Positions 18,291 to 27,413 of a stretch of 64,000 nt of DNA are shown piece after piece (position 1 is the stretch's first letter; every line of letters starts with the position of its first letter). The DNA lies in contig JAFMJW010000002.1 in NCBI GenBank assembly GCA_017853315.1, positions 8,818-72,817 of the forward strand. The letters run 5' to 3'. The position numbers were made by a program, and so were the translations under genes. The notes under the pieces were generated by a model. The model saw only the letters and a program-made list of their open reading frames with translations. It was not told the DNA's origin and ran no database searches. This stretch comes from Alphaproteobacteria bacterium (lineage in GTDB: Bacteria; Desulfobacterota; Binatia; UBA12015).

Positions 18291-19958
18291 ATGAAGCCGT
18301 GGAACATCGGGACGATCAACGAGGAGCTCGCCGCCGCGTTCCCCGAGCGCGAGATGATGGTGTTCCGGGACCGCCGCCTCACGTGGGGAGAGGTCGCGAG
18401 CCGGACGCGCCGCCTCGCGAACGTGCTGCGCGACGCCGGGCTCGGCTGCCGTCGCGAACGGACAGGCCTCGAGCCGTGGCAGTCCGGCCAGGACCACCTG
18501 GCCCTCTACCTCTACAACGGCAACGAGTACCTCGAGGGCATGCTCGGCGCCTTCAAGGCGCGCGTCGCGCCCTTCAACGTGAACTACCGCTACGTCGCCG
18601 AGGAGTTGCTCTACGTGCTCCGCGACGCCGGCACGCGCGCGATCCTCTACCACGCGTGCTTCGCGCCGCTGCTCCGGGAAGTCCTGCCTCGGCTGTCCGA
18701 CGTGAAGCTTCTGCTGCAGGTGGACGACGGCAGCGGCGAGCCCCTGCTTCCCGGGGCGGTCGACTACGAGCAGGCGCTCGCGGCCGCGAGCGACGCGCCA
18801 CTCGACGTCCGGCTCTCGGGCGACGATCTCTACATCCTCTACACCGGCGGCACGACCGGAATGCCGAAGGGCGTGCTCTGGCGGCAGGAGGACATCTTCT
18901 TCGGCGCGATGGGCGGCCGGGTCATCGGCAGCGCGCAGGCGGTCGAGAGCATCGAGAAGCTGGTCGAGAACGCGCGGACGACCGGGGCGAGCCTGCGGAC
19001 GCTTCCCGCGCCCCCGTTCATGCACGGCGCGGCGCACTGGGCGTCGTTCATGATCCTCCACCAGGGCGGCACCGTCTGCATCCAGGACGAGGTTCGCTCG
19101 CTCGACCCCGACGATGTCTGGCGCACGATCGAGCGCGAGAAGGTCGTCACGCTCTCGATCGTCGGCGACGCCTTCGCACGCCCGCTGCTCGACCAGTTGC
19201 AGCGAGGCACCTACGACGTCTCCTCGCTCAAGGTGATCGGCTCGGGGGGCGCGATCTTCTCGCTCCCGCTCAAGAAGGCGTTCCTGGAGGCGCTTCCGGG
19301 CATGATGATCATCGACGGGTTCGGCTCGTCGGAGACCGGCGCGCAGGGCTCGACCGTCTCGATGGCCGGCATGGAGGGCAAGCAGGGCGCGTTCCGCATG
19401 GACGACCAGACGGTCGTCCTCGACGAGTCGCTCTCGCGCCGCCTCGAGCCCGGCGAGGACGCGCTCGGCTGGGTCGCGCGGAGCGGCTTCGTCCCGCTCG
19501 GCTACCTCGGCGACGAGGCGAAGACGCGGCGCACCTACCCGACCGTCGACGGCGTCCGCTACGCGGTGCCCGGCGACCGGGCGCGGCTCGCGGCCGACGG
19601 CGAGGTCCTCGTGTTCGGTCGCGACTCGGTCTGCATCAACTCCGGCGGCGAGAAGATCTTCGCCGAGGAGGTCGAGCTCGCGCTGAAGCACCATCCCGCC
19701 GTGTACGACACGGTCGTGACCGGCACGCCGAGCGAGCGCTGGGGCGAGCAGGTGACGGCGCTCGTCGTGCTGCGCCCGGGAACCTCGGCCGACGAGGAGG
19801 CTCTCCGCGCCGAGGCCGCGCTCCACGTCGCGCGCTACAAGCTGCCGAAGGCGATCGTCTTCGTCGAGCAGGTCGTGCGCGCGCCGAGCGGCAAACCGGA
19901 CTACCGCTGGGCGAAGCAGGCGGCGACCGCGGCGCTCGCGAAGACCGGGGCCGCCTGA
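18291..19958 (+). CDS. AMP-dependent acyl-CoA synthetase (FadD3/FadD19-like subgroup), paralog 1
   Basis: ATG 18291 is preceded by GAAGGAG and lies in frame within the artefactual 1451-aa ORF 15603..19958. Motifs: LYILYTGGTTGMPKGVLWRQEDIFF, GFGSSETG, PSGKPDYRWAK. Confidence 0.85.
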   Translation: MKPWNIGTINEELAAAFPEREMMVFRDRRLTWGEVASRTRRLANVLRDAGLGCRRERTGLEPWQSGQDHLALYLYNGNEYLEGMLGAFKARVAPFNVNYRYVAEELLYVLRDAGTRAILYHACFAPLLREVLPRLSDVKLLLQVDDGSGEPLLPGAVDYEQALAAASDAPLDVRLSGDDLYILYTGGTTGMPKGVLWRQEDIFFGAMGGRVIGSAQAVESIEKLVENARTTGASLRTLPAPPFMHGAAHWASFMILHQGGTVCIQDEVRSLDPDDVWRTIEREKVVTLSIVGDAFARPLLDQLQRGTYDVSSLKVIGSGGAIFSLPLKKAFLEALPGMMIIDGFGSSETGAQGSTVSMAGMEGKQGAFRMDDQTVVLDESLSRRLEPGEDALGWVARSGFVPLGYLGDEAKTRRTYPTVDGVRYAVPGDRARLAADGEVLVFGRDSVCINSGGEKIFAEEVELALKHHPAVYDTVVTGTPSERWGEQVTALVVLRPGTSADEEALRAEAALHVARYKLPKAIVFVEQVVRAPSGKPDYRWAKQAATAALAKTGAA

Positions 19959-20000
19959 GAGCGCGGCGCCCGGGAGCCGGTCGGACGAACCGCCCGCGAA

Positions 20001-20029
20001 CCGCCGCCGTGCACCGTCCGCGGCGGCGG
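20001..20029. terminator. GC hairpin between convergent genes
   Basis: CCGCCGCCG (20001-20009) pairs with CGGCGGCGG (20021-20029) around an 11-nt loop. No T tract. Confidence 0.25.
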
Positions 20030-20058
20030 AGCGTCGCGGCGCGTCGCCGCGGCCCCGT

Positions 20059-20081
20059 CCCGCGAGCCCGGGACTCGCGGG
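20059..20081. terminator. GC hairpin 8 nt downstream of the propeller-lipoprotein stop
   Basis: CCCGCGAG (20059-20066) pairs with CTCGCGGG (20074-20081) around the loop CCCGGGA. No T tract. Confidence 0.3.
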
Positions 20082-20088
20082 CGTCGCG

Positions 20089-21039
20089 TCAGATCTTGAT
20101 CTTCAGCCAGCTCACCGCGTCGATCGACACGAGGCCGTCGGACGCCGTGCCGACCGTCACGAAGAACCCGTTGCCGTAGGCGATCGACTGCAGGATCTGC
20201 TTCGTCTGCGTCTCCCGGAGCAGCCACTCGCGGGCTTCGATCGAGGTGACCAGCGTGCCCTTCTCGCCGCCGACGACGAAGGTGCCCTGCGCCCAGAAGG
20301 CGGAGACCAGGTTCAACTCGAGGTCGGTGGAGCGGATCTCCCAGGCCTTCCCGTCGTCGCGCGAGACCAGGAGCGTGCCGGCGTCGCCGGCGACGACCAG
20401 CACGGAGTCGCGCGAGGCGATCCCGTTCAGGTTCGCCTCGACGCCGGAGGCGACCCGGGACCAGGTCGCGCCGTCGGCGGAGCGCAGGATCGTGCCCGCG
20501 TCGCCGACCACGAAGAAGGCGTCCCGCGCGCGCACCACACCCTCGAGGGTCGCGTTCGTCCCGCTCGACCGGACCGTCCACGCGCTGCCGTTCGGCGACG
20601 TGAGGATGGTGCCGCCCTCGCCGACCGCGACGAACAGGCCGGCGCCGTGGCCGATCCCGCCGAGCGCGGCCGTCGTCGGCGACGACGGCAGGTCCCAGGT
20701 GACGCCGTCGGCGCTGGTCGCGATCGCGCCGCCGTCGCCGACGGCGACGAAGCGCCCGGCGCCGTGGGCGACCGCGGAAAGACCGTCGGCGACTCCGACG
20801 TCGTAGACGGCCCAGTCCTGGTTCCCGGAGCTCGAGACGTGCGACTGCCCGATGCTCGAGACGGCGACGAAGACGCCGTTGCCGAAGGCGACGCCGCCCA
20901 GGTCCGGCTTCGTGCTCCCGCCGCCGCCCCCGCCGCAGGCCGCGGCGAGCGCAACGCAGGTCGCGACGAGGAGAGCCGCGAAGCGGCCTTGCCGCGGCGA
21001 GCCCTGCAGCCGGCTTCCGGCAGCGGTCGATGATCGCAT
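20089..21039 (-). CDS. Lipoprotein, 7-bladed Asp-box (BNR/Ycf48-like) beta-propeller
   Basis: ATG 21039 is preceded by GAGGAGG. The lipobox is LVATCVALAAAC. Seven roughly 40-aa blades follow the pattern G-x-G-x-F-V-A-V-G...S-x-D-G-x-x-W (SADGVTW, SPNGSAW, SADGATW, SRDDGKAW). Only the last 316 codons of tracked ORF 20089..22635 are real. Confidence 0.75.
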   Translation of the reverse strand: MRSSTAAGSRLQGSPRQGRFAALLVATCVALAAACGGGGGGSTKPDLGGVAFGNGVFVAVSSIGQSHVSSSGNQDWAVYDVGVADGLSAVAHGAGRFVAVGDGGAIATSADGVTWDLPSSPTTAALGGIGHGAGLFVAVGEGGTILTSPNGSAWTVRSSGTNATLEGVVRARDAFFVVGDAGTILRSADGATWSRVASGVEANLNGIASRDSVLVVAGDAGTLLVSRDDGKAWEIRSTDLELNLVSAFWAQGTFVVGGEKGTLVTSIEAREWLLRETQTKQILQSIAYGNGFFVTVGTASDGLVSIDAVSWLKIKI

Positions 21040-21111
21040 GGTCGGGACCTCCTCGTCGCTTTCGCCCGGAGGCGAGGAGCGATAACTACCCGTTCCGCCG
21101 AAAGGACTCCA

Positions 21112-22746
21112 ATGGACTTCAACCTGGCAGAGATCCACGAGGCCATCGCGGCCGCCGTTCCCGACCGGGAATGCCTCGTGTTCCGGGACCGCCGGCTCAC
21201 CTGGGCCGGGATCACCGATCGCACCCGCAGGCTCGCCAACCACTTCCTCGCGAGCGGCCTGCGACTCCGCCGCGAGCGGCCCGGGCTGCACGGCTGGGAG
21301 TCCGGGCAGGACCACCTCGCCGTCTACCTGCACAACGGCAACGAATACCTCGAGAGCATGCTCGCCGCGTTCAAGGCGCGGATCGTGCCCTTCAACGTGA
21401 ACTACCGCTACGTCGCCGAGGAACTCGTCTACCTCCTGCGCGACGCGCAAGCGCGCGGCATCGTCTTCCACTCCGCGTTCGCGCCCCTGCTGGCGGAAGT
21501 GCTGCCCGAGCTGCCCGAGCTCCGGGTGCTGGTGCAGGTGGAGGACGAGTCGGGCCACGCGCTCCTCCCGGGTGCGGTCGAGTACGAGCGCGCGATCGCC
21601 GCGGCCTCGCCCGAGCGGCCCGACCTGCGCTGTTCGCCCGACGACCTGTACTGCATCTACACCGGGGGCACGACCGGGATGCCCAAGGGCGTGCTCTGGC
21701 GGCAGGCGGACGTGCTGGTGACCGCGCTCGGCGGCAAGCGCGCGGACGAGCGCGAGTGGGACTCGCTCGACGCGCTGGTCGCGCAGGCCGCGCGAGGCAA
21801 GGCTCGCGGGCTCCCGGCGCCGCCCTTCATGCACGGCGCCGCGCACTGGAACGCGTTCGCCACCTGGCACGCCGGCGGCACCGTCGTGATCCAGCGCGAG
21901 GTGAAGCGGCTCGACCCCGACGACGTCTGGAGCACGATCGAGCGCGAAAAGGTCGCGTCGATGATCATCGTCGGCGACGCCTTCGCCCGCCCGCTCATCG
22001 ACCAGCTCCGCCGCCGCTCCTACGGGCTGGACTCCTTCCGCCTGCTCATCTCCGGCGGCGCACCGCTGAACCTCGCGATGAAGCGCGAGCTCCACGACCT
22101 GCTCCCCGGGGTCACGCTGCTCGATGCCGTGGGCTCCTCGGAGACCGGGCGGCAGGGCCAGATCGCGAGCACGTCGGCGAAGGAGGCCGTGAGCGGCACC
22201 TTCAACCCGACGCCCGACAACTGCGTCGTCTCCGGGGACCGGACGCGCGTCCTCGCGCCGGGCAGCGAGGAGATCGGCTGGCTCGCCAAGAGCGGCCGGG
22301 TGCCGCTCGGCTACCTCGGCGACCGGGCGAAGACCGAGCAGACGTTCCCCGAGATCGGCGGGACGCGCTACTCGCTGCCCGGCGACCGGGCGCGCCTGCG
22401 CGCCGACGGCACGGTCGAGCTCCTCGGCCGCGACTCGGTCACGATCAACACCGGCGGCGAGAAGGTCTTCGCCGAGGAGGTCGAGCACGCGATCAAGCAC
22501 CACCCCGCGGTCTGGGACGCGGTCGTCGTCGGACGACCGAGCGAGCGCTGGGGACAGGAGGTCGTGGCGCTGGTGAAGCTGCGTGAAGGCGCGAGCGCGA
22601 GCGCGGAGGAACTCGCCGACGAGTGCGCGCACCACCTCGCGCGCTACAAGCTGCCGAAGGCCTGGCTCTTCCTCGAGGAGATCGTCCGCAGCCCGAGCGG
22701 CAAGGCCGACTACCGCTGGGCGAAGGCCCGGGCGATCGAGGGCTGA
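21112..22746 (+). CDS. AMP-dependent acyl-CoA synthetase (FadD3/FadD19-like subgroup), paralog 2
   Basis: 544 aa, colinear with the 18291..19958 product. Compare MDFNLAEIHEAIAAAVPDRECLVFRDRRLTW with MKPWNIGTINEELAAAFPEREMMVFRDRRLTW. Other motifs: IYTGGTTGMPKGVLWRQ, PSGKADYRWAK. Confidence 0.85.
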   Translation: MDFNLAEIHEAIAAAVPDRECLVFRDRRLTWAGITDRTRRLANHFLASGLRLRRERPGLHGWESGQDHLAVYLHNGNEYLESMLAAFKARIVPFNVNYRYVAEELVYLLRDAQARGIVFHSAFAPLLAEVLPELPELRVLVQVEDESGHALLPGAVEYERAIAAASPERPDLRCSPDDLYCIYTGGTTGMPKGVLWRQADVLVTALGGKRADEREWDSLDALVAQAARGKARGLPAPPFMHGAAHWNAFATWHAGGTVVIQREVKRLDPDDVWSTIEREKVASMIIVGDAFARPLIDQLRRRSYGLDSFRLLISGGAPLNLAMKRELHDLLPGVTLLDAVGSSETGRQGQIASTSAKEAVSGTFNPTPDNCVVSGDRTRVLAPGSEEIGWLAKSGRVPLGYLGDRAKTEQTFPEIGGTRYSLPGDRARLRADGTVELLGRDSVTINTGGEKVFAEEVEHAIKHHPAVWDAVVVGRPSERWGQEVVALVKLREGASASAEELADECAHHLARYKLPKAWLFLEEIVRSPSGKADYRWAKARAIEG

Positions 22747-22893
22747 GCCCCGGCCCCGCTCGCGGCCGGCGTGATTCCGCGTCTTCCGGCGAGGCGCGGA
22801 GGCCGGGGCCCAGCCCCGACCGGGAGAGGGCCGCGGGCGGGCGTCCGGAGCGCGCGGCGGAGACGCTCGTGCCGTCCCCGCCGCGGCCTCGAG

Positions 22894-24090
22894 TCAGGAC
22901 AGGTTCGCCTTGCGGTACATCGTCACGACGGCCACGCCGCCCAGGCCCAGGTTGTGCTGGAGCGCGATCTTCGCGTCCTTCACCTGGCGCTTCTCGGCGT
23001 CGCCGCGCAGCTGCCAGTTGAGCTCCGCGCACTGCGCGAGCCCGGTCGCACCGAGCGGGTGGCCCTTGGAGATCAGCCCGCCCGAGGGGTTCACGACGAC
23101 CTGGCCGCCGTAGGTGTTGGCGCCCGAGTCGATGAACTCGCCCGCCTTGCCCTCGGGGCACAGCCCGAGCGCCTCGTAGGTGATGAGCTCGTTCGCCGAG
23201 AAGCAGTCGTGGAGCTCGACCACGTCCACCTTCTCCGGGCCGACCCCCGCCTGGTCGTAGACCTTGCGCGCCGCGGACTTCGTCATGTCGAAGCCGACGA
23301 GCTTGATCGAGCTCTTCTCGTCGAAGGTGCTCTTGAAGTCCGACGCCATCGCCATGCCGACGATCTCGACCGCCTTGCCCTGCAGCCCGTGCTTGCGCAC
23401 GAAGTCCTCGGAGGCGAGGATCGCCGCGCCCGAGCCGTCCGAGGTCGGGCAGCACTGCAGCTTGGTGAGCGGCTCCCAGACCATCGGCGCCGCCTTGATC
23501 TGCTCGAGCGAGTACTCGTCCTGGAACTGCGAGTAGGGGTTGTTCACCGAGTGCCTGTGGTTCTTCCAGCCGATCTTGGCGAAGTGCTCGGCGGTCGTGC
23601 CGTAGCGCTCCATGTGCTCGCGGCCGGCGTTGCCGAAGAACTGCGGGGCGACGGGCGCCGCGCCGACGCCGCGCAGCTCGTTCATCAGCATGAACTGCTT
23701 GTCCATCGGGTTCGTGCGGTCGTCGTACTTCACGCCGAGCGAGCCCTTCTCCATCTTCTCGAAGCCGAGCGCGAGGACGCAGTCGGCGAGCCCGCCCTCG
23801 ATGAACTGCTTGGCCATGAACAGCGCCGACGAGCCCGTCGCGCAGTTGTTGTTCACGTTGTAGATCGGGATGCCGGTGAGGCCGAGCGTGTAGACCGCGC
23901 GCTGGCCGCAGGTCGAGTCGCCGTAGCAGTATCCCACGCAGGCCTGCTCGACGAGGTCGTAGGCGATGCCCGCGTCGGCGAGCGCCTTCTCGCCGGCCTC
24001 TTTTGCCATGTCCGGGTAGTCCCAGTTCTTGGAACCCGGCTTCTCGAACTTCGTCATGCCGACGCCGACGACGTAGACCTTGCGACCCAT
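22894..24090 (-). CDS. SCP-x/nsLTP-type thiolase (lipid-transfer-protein-like 3-ketoacyl-CoA thiolase)
   Basis: 398 aa starting [19 protein letters not shown]. The active-site Cys segment is [11 protein letters not shown]. The C-terminus carries GHPLGATGL and HNLGLGG. AAGGAG lies upstream. Confidence 0.9.
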   Translation of the reverse strand: MGRKVYVVGVGMTKFEKPGSKNWDYPDMAKEAGEKALADAGIAYDLVEQACVGYCYGDSTCGQRAVYTLGLTGIPIYNVNNNCATGSSALFMAKQFIEGGLADCVLALGFEKMEKGSLGVKYDDRTNPMDKQFMLMNELRGVGAAPVAPQFFGNAGREHMERYGTTAEHFAKIGWKNHRHSVNNPYSQFQDEYSLEQIKAAPMVWEPLTKLQCCPTSDGSGAAILASEDFVRKHGLQGKAVEIVGMAMASDFKSTFDEKSSIKLVGFDMTKSAARKVYDQAGVGPEKVDVVELHDCFSANELITYEALGLCPEGKAGEFIDSGANTYGGQVVVNPSGGLISKGHPLGATGLAQCAELNWQLRGDAEKRQVKDAKIALQHNLGLGGVAVVTMYRKANLS

Positions 24091-24166
24091 GCTCGACTGC
24101 TCCTTCCGATGACGGTTGGGACGGGGCGCGGACGCACCCCGTCGGACGCGTCGAGATCAGCAGATC

Positions 24167-24214
24167 GCCCCGTCCGGCGCAACGAAACCGGGCACGCCGA
24201 CGGCGCGACGGGGC
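24167..24214 (-). terminator. Extended GC hairpin abutting the MFS stop codon
   Basis: GCCCCGTC (24167-24174) pairs with GACGGGGC (24207-24214), with an inner CGGCG/CGCCG pairing. A second hairpin, GACGGGG/CCCCGTC, lies at 24120-24143. No T tract. Confidence 0.25.
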
Positions 24215-25534
24215 TCAGTGCGCGGCGAGGCTCGCCTCGATCTCCTCGAGCGTGAGCCCCTGGGTCTCGGGGGCGTAGCGCAGCACCGCCAGCGCGCCGA
24301 GGATCGGGCCGATCGACAGGACCGCGACCGCGCTCGGGATGCCGAAGCGGTCGGCGAGAACGCCGATCGCGAGCGGGGTCAGGATCTCCGCGACGCGCCC
24401 GAACAGGTTCGTCGTCCACGAGTACGCGGTGGCCCGGATCTCGGTCGGGAAGAGCTCGGTCGAGTAGACGTTGGTCGCCGCGTTCGCACCGAGGAAGCAG
24501 CTCACCGTGAGCGCCATGAGCGCCATCTGCTTCCACGGCGTGGGATCCGAGGTCACGAAGAGCAGGTAGACCGAGAGCGCGGCGAGCGTGTAGAAGCCCG
24601 CGCACGTCCGCCGGCGGCCGAAGCGGTTCATGGCCCACCCGGCGAGCGGCGAGCCGACGAGGAACCCGACCAGGTAGCCCACCGCGACGACGGAGCCGTA
24701 CTGCGCGGCCCCGTAGCCGAGGTTCCTCGTCGCGTGGATGGTCCAGAAGGTCACGGCCGGCGCCGTCACCAGGTGGTTGCAGTTCCAGATGAGCGTGACG
24801 AGCAGCGTCCGCGCCCGGTAGCGGGGCGAGAAGGGCAGGAGCATCCTTCGGCGCACGTCGTCCCAGCCGACGTGCCCGCGCTGGCTCTTCAGGTGCTCGA
24901 AGCGCCGGGTCTCGCGCATCCCGAGCCGAAAGAAGAAGATCAGCGCGAGCGGCACCAGCCCGAGCAGGTACATCGTGCGCCAGTCCCACCGGGAGAGCAC
25001 CTGTCCGGCGAAGAGGAAGGCCGCGATCGTCCCGACCGCGGAGACGCCCGAGATCGTCGCGATCCCGAACCCCCTCCACGCCGTCGGATACTCCTCGCCG
25101 ATGATGATGAGCGAGAGCGCGAACTCGCTCGCGAGGAAGATGCGCGCGAGCATCTGCCACGCCGTGAAGCTCTCGATCGACTGCGAGAAGGCGGTGAGCC
25201 CGGTGAAGAGCGCGTAGCCGAGGATGGTGAGCGTGATGAGCAGCCGGCGGCCGAAGCGGTCGGCGAAGACCAGCACGAAGAACGAGGCCACGGAGCCCAG
25301 CCGCGCGATCGTGTAGACGAGGCCCCACTGCGCGTCGCTGAGTCCGTACTGCTTCTGGATGACGGGGGCGACGGTCGCGAGGATGGCAGCGTCGAAGCCG
25401 TCGAAGAACGTGGCCGACGCCAGCATGGCGAGCAGCGCCCAGAGGTAGGGCGTCATGCCGTCCGCCTCGACCGTGGACCCCCCGGCGTCCGCCGTGCCGC
25501 GACCGGACCGCTCGACCGGATCGTTGGCCATCAC
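24215..25534 (-). CDS. MFS transporter
   Basis: 439 aa with about 12 hydrophobic helices. MFS loop motifs are FADRFGRRLL and AMNRFGRRRT. The start could also be the internal MTPYLW. Confidence 0.85.
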   Translation of the reverse strand: MMANDPVERSGRGTADAGGSTVEADGMTPYLWALLAMLASATFFDGFDAAILATVAPVIQKQYGLSDAQWGLVYTIARLGSVASFFVLVFADRFGRRLLITLTILGYALFTGLTAFSQSIESFTAWQMLARIFLASEFALSLIIIGEEYPTAWRGFGIATISGVSAVGTIAAFLFAGQVLSRWDWRTMYLLGLVPLALIFFFRLGMRETRRFEHLKSQRGHVGWDDVRRRMLLPFSPRYRARTLLVTLIWNCNHLVTAPAVTFWTIHATRNLGYGAAQYGSVVAVGYLVGFLVGSPLAGWAMNRFGRRRTCAGFYTLAALSVYLLFVTSDPTPWKQMALMALTVSCFLGANAATNVYSTELFPTEIRATAYSWTTNLFGRVAEILTPLAIGVLADRFGIPSAVAVLSIGPILGALAVLRYAPETQGLTLEEIEASLAAH

Positions 25535-25687
25535 GTCGATCTACAGCGCATCCGCCGCGAGCGCACAACATGCTGGTGCGAGCCGACGCACGGGGACGTG
25601 CCCGCCGACGTCCCGAGGCCGTCCGCGGCCCGCTCTCGGATGGCGCCCCGTCGCGGCGCGGCGCCCCACCGTGCTAGGACGCGAACG

Positions 25688-26299
25688 ATGGAGCAGGTGC
25701 GCTGGATCGTCTACTCCGACTACCTCTGCCCCTGGTGCTTCAACGGCATGGTGCGCCTGCGCGCCGTCGAGCGGGAGTTCGAGGGGCGCGTGCACCTCGA
25801 GTGGCGAAGCTTCCTCCTGCGCCCGGAGCCTTCTCCGCGGCGCGACCTCGAGAAGTTCCGCGCCTACACTCGCACCTGGCTTCGCCCCGCCGAGGAGAGC
25901 GACTCCGGCCGGTTCCGCGTCTGGCAGGGCGACGCGGGTCCGCCCTCGCACAGCATCCCGCCCCACCGGGTCGCGAAGGCCGCCGGGTCGATCGGCGACC
26001 ACGCGTTTCGCGCGGTGCAGGAGCGGCTGTTCCATGCCTACTTCGCCGAGAACCGGGACATCACCGCCGCGGAGACGCTCGCGCAGGTCTGGCAGGAGGC
26101 CGGACTACCGCCGCACGAGTTCGCGCGCGCCGAGGATCCGCGCTGGGCGGCGGAGGCGATCGCCGAGCACGAGGAGGCGATCCGCCTCGGCGCGGGCGGC
26201 GTCCCCTCGGTCCGGGTCGAGGGCGGGGACGCCTGCGTGACGGGGGCCTACCCCGTCGACATGTACCGCCGGTGGGCCCGCCGGCTCCTCGGCACCTGA
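25688..26299 (+). CDS. DsbA-family thiol:disulfide oxidoreductase (FrnE-like)
   Basis: ATG 25688 lies in frame within the artefactual ORF 24116..26299. The product starts MEQVRWIVYSDYLCPWCFNG, which contains a CPWC active site. 203 aa. Confidence 0.8.
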   Translation: MEQVRWIVYSDYLCPWCFNGMVRLRAVEREFEGRVHLEWRSFLLRPEPSPRRDLEKFRAYTRTWLRPAEESDSGRFRVWQGDAGPPSHSIPPHRVAKAAGSIGDHAFRAVQERLFHAYFAENRDITAAETLAQVWQEAGLPPHEFARAEDPRWAAEAIAEHEEAIRLGAGGVPSVRVEGGDACVTGAYPVDMYRRWARRLLGT

Positions 26300-26326
26300 G
26301 GACGCGAGGGCCCCGCCGGGGCCGGA

Positions 26327-26352
26327 CTTCCGGCCGGTTTCCCGCCCGGAAG
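26327..26352 (+). terminator. Hairpin downstream of the DsbA-family gene
   Basis: CTTCCGG (26327-26333) pairs with CCGGAAG (26346-26352) around a 12-nt loop. It is preceded by the palindrome GGCCCCGCCGGGGCC. Confidence 0.25.
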
Positions 26353-26411
26353 CGGCCCTGCTAGCATCGGGGCTCGGCCGCGTCGCGATCGTCGGCCGGA
26401 CCAGGCGAGCG

Positions 26412-27389
26412 ATGAGAGTGTCCACGAGGAGCGGCCCGTGTCGCGCCGTCGGCCGCACGACCCCCGGTCGGGCCGCGCGGATCGTGGCGGCGACGGCCCT
26501 GCTGCTTTCGCTCGCCGGCCCCTCGCTCGGCGCTCCCGGCGCGCCGGAAGAGCATCCGCCCGAGGAGCCGCAGGGACAGCAGGAAGTCGTGCGCACCGCC
26601 TCGGGCTTCACCGTGCGGGCGAGCAACGGCAGCCTGCCCGACATCCTCGCCGAGATCGGCGGGGAGGCCGGCTTCGACGTGCTCGATTCCGGGAAGAGCT
26701 ATCCGCCGGTCACGGTCGCGATCGAGGACACGCCGCTCGACTCGCTCCTGCGCCAGCTCCTGCGCGGGGTGAACCACATCATCCACTACAAGCAGGGCGC
26801 CACGCGGGACGCCGGCGCCGACCGGGGCATCGACCGCATCGTGCTGCTGACCTCCGGCGGAGCGGGCGGAGCGGGCACCGCTGCGCCACCGGCGCGCGCG
26901 GGACGCGTGTCGCCGCTCGCGGGGACGAAGACCGGGAAGCCCGCGCCCGGCGCGCCGCAGGCCCCGCCGCAAGGCGGGATGCAGGCCGCGCCGCCGCAGC
27001 CGGCCCAGCCCGACGACGGAACCGCTGCCCTCGCCGCGGCGGCGGCCGCGGCCGGAGACGCGGGCGGCTCGGAGATCCTCCGCCGCCTGCGCGCCGCTCG
27101 CGCCGCCCGGGGCGGGGGCATGGACGCCGGAGGCGACCCGAACTTCGACTCGATGGCCGCGGCTGCCGCGGCGACGATGGCGCAGCACTCGGGGGGGCAG
27201 CTCGATCCTTCCGTGCTCGAGGCCGCGCGCCTGGCCGCGCAACGCGCGATCGAGGCGAACAACGGCGGCGGCTTCGGCAACCAGGGCGGCGGCTTCGGCA
27301 ATCGCGGCTTCGGCAACCAGGGCTTCGGCAACCAGGGCTTCATGCCCGACGCCGGCGCGATGGACGACGCGCAGTACCCCGACGAGTGA
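26412..27389 (+). CDS. Secreted protein: STN-like N-terminal domain plus Ala/Gly/Pro low-complexity region ending in GFGNQ repeats
   Basis: The signal peptide is IVAATALLLSLAGPSLGAPG. FTVRASNGSLPDILAEIGGEAGFDVL...LDSLLRQLLRGVNHIIHY resembles a secretin/TonB short N-terminal (STN) domain. The C-terminus reads GGGFGNQGGGFGNRGFGNQGFGNQGF. Confidence 0.5.
   Translation: MRVSTRSGPCRAVGRTTPGRAARIVAATALLLSLAGPSLGAPGAPEEHPPEEPQGQQEVVRTASGFTVRASNGSLPDILAEIGGEAGFDVLDSGKSYPPVTVAIEDTPLDSLLRQLLRGVNHIIHYKQGATRDAGADRGIDRIVLLTSGGAGGAGTAAPPARAGRVSPLAGTKTGKPAPGAPQAPPQGGMQAAPPQPAQPDDGTAALAAAAAAAGDAGGSEILRRLRAARAARGGGMDAGGDPNFDSMAAAAAATMAQHSGGQLDPSVLEAARLAAQRAIEANNGGGFGNQGGGFGNRGFGNQGFGNQGFMPDAGAMDDAQYPDE
27264..27341 (+). 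repeat. In-frame 15-bp tandem repeat ggcttcggcaaccag (GFGNQ), 4 full or variant copies plus a partial
   Basis: Copies lie at 27270-27284, 27291-27305 (variant ...aatcgc), 27306-27320 and 27321-27335, with a partial copy at 27336-27341. Confidence 0.8.
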
Positions 27390-27413
27390 ACCGCCGGCCG
27401 GCGCGAACGGCCG

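Noticed and set aside
15603-19958. 1451-aa ORF treated as one gene
   Set aside because: Only the last 555 codons (from ATG 18291, which has a GAAGGAG Shine-Dalgarno) encode an AMP-ligase. The upstream part runs antisense to the thioesterase and out of frame through the first ligase.
20089-22635. 848-aa minus-strand ORF
   Set aside because: Only the C-terminal 316 codons (lipoprotein signal plus 7 Asp-box blades, ATG 21039 with GAGGAGG) look real. The rest is antisense to the acyl-CoA synthetase at 21112..22746.
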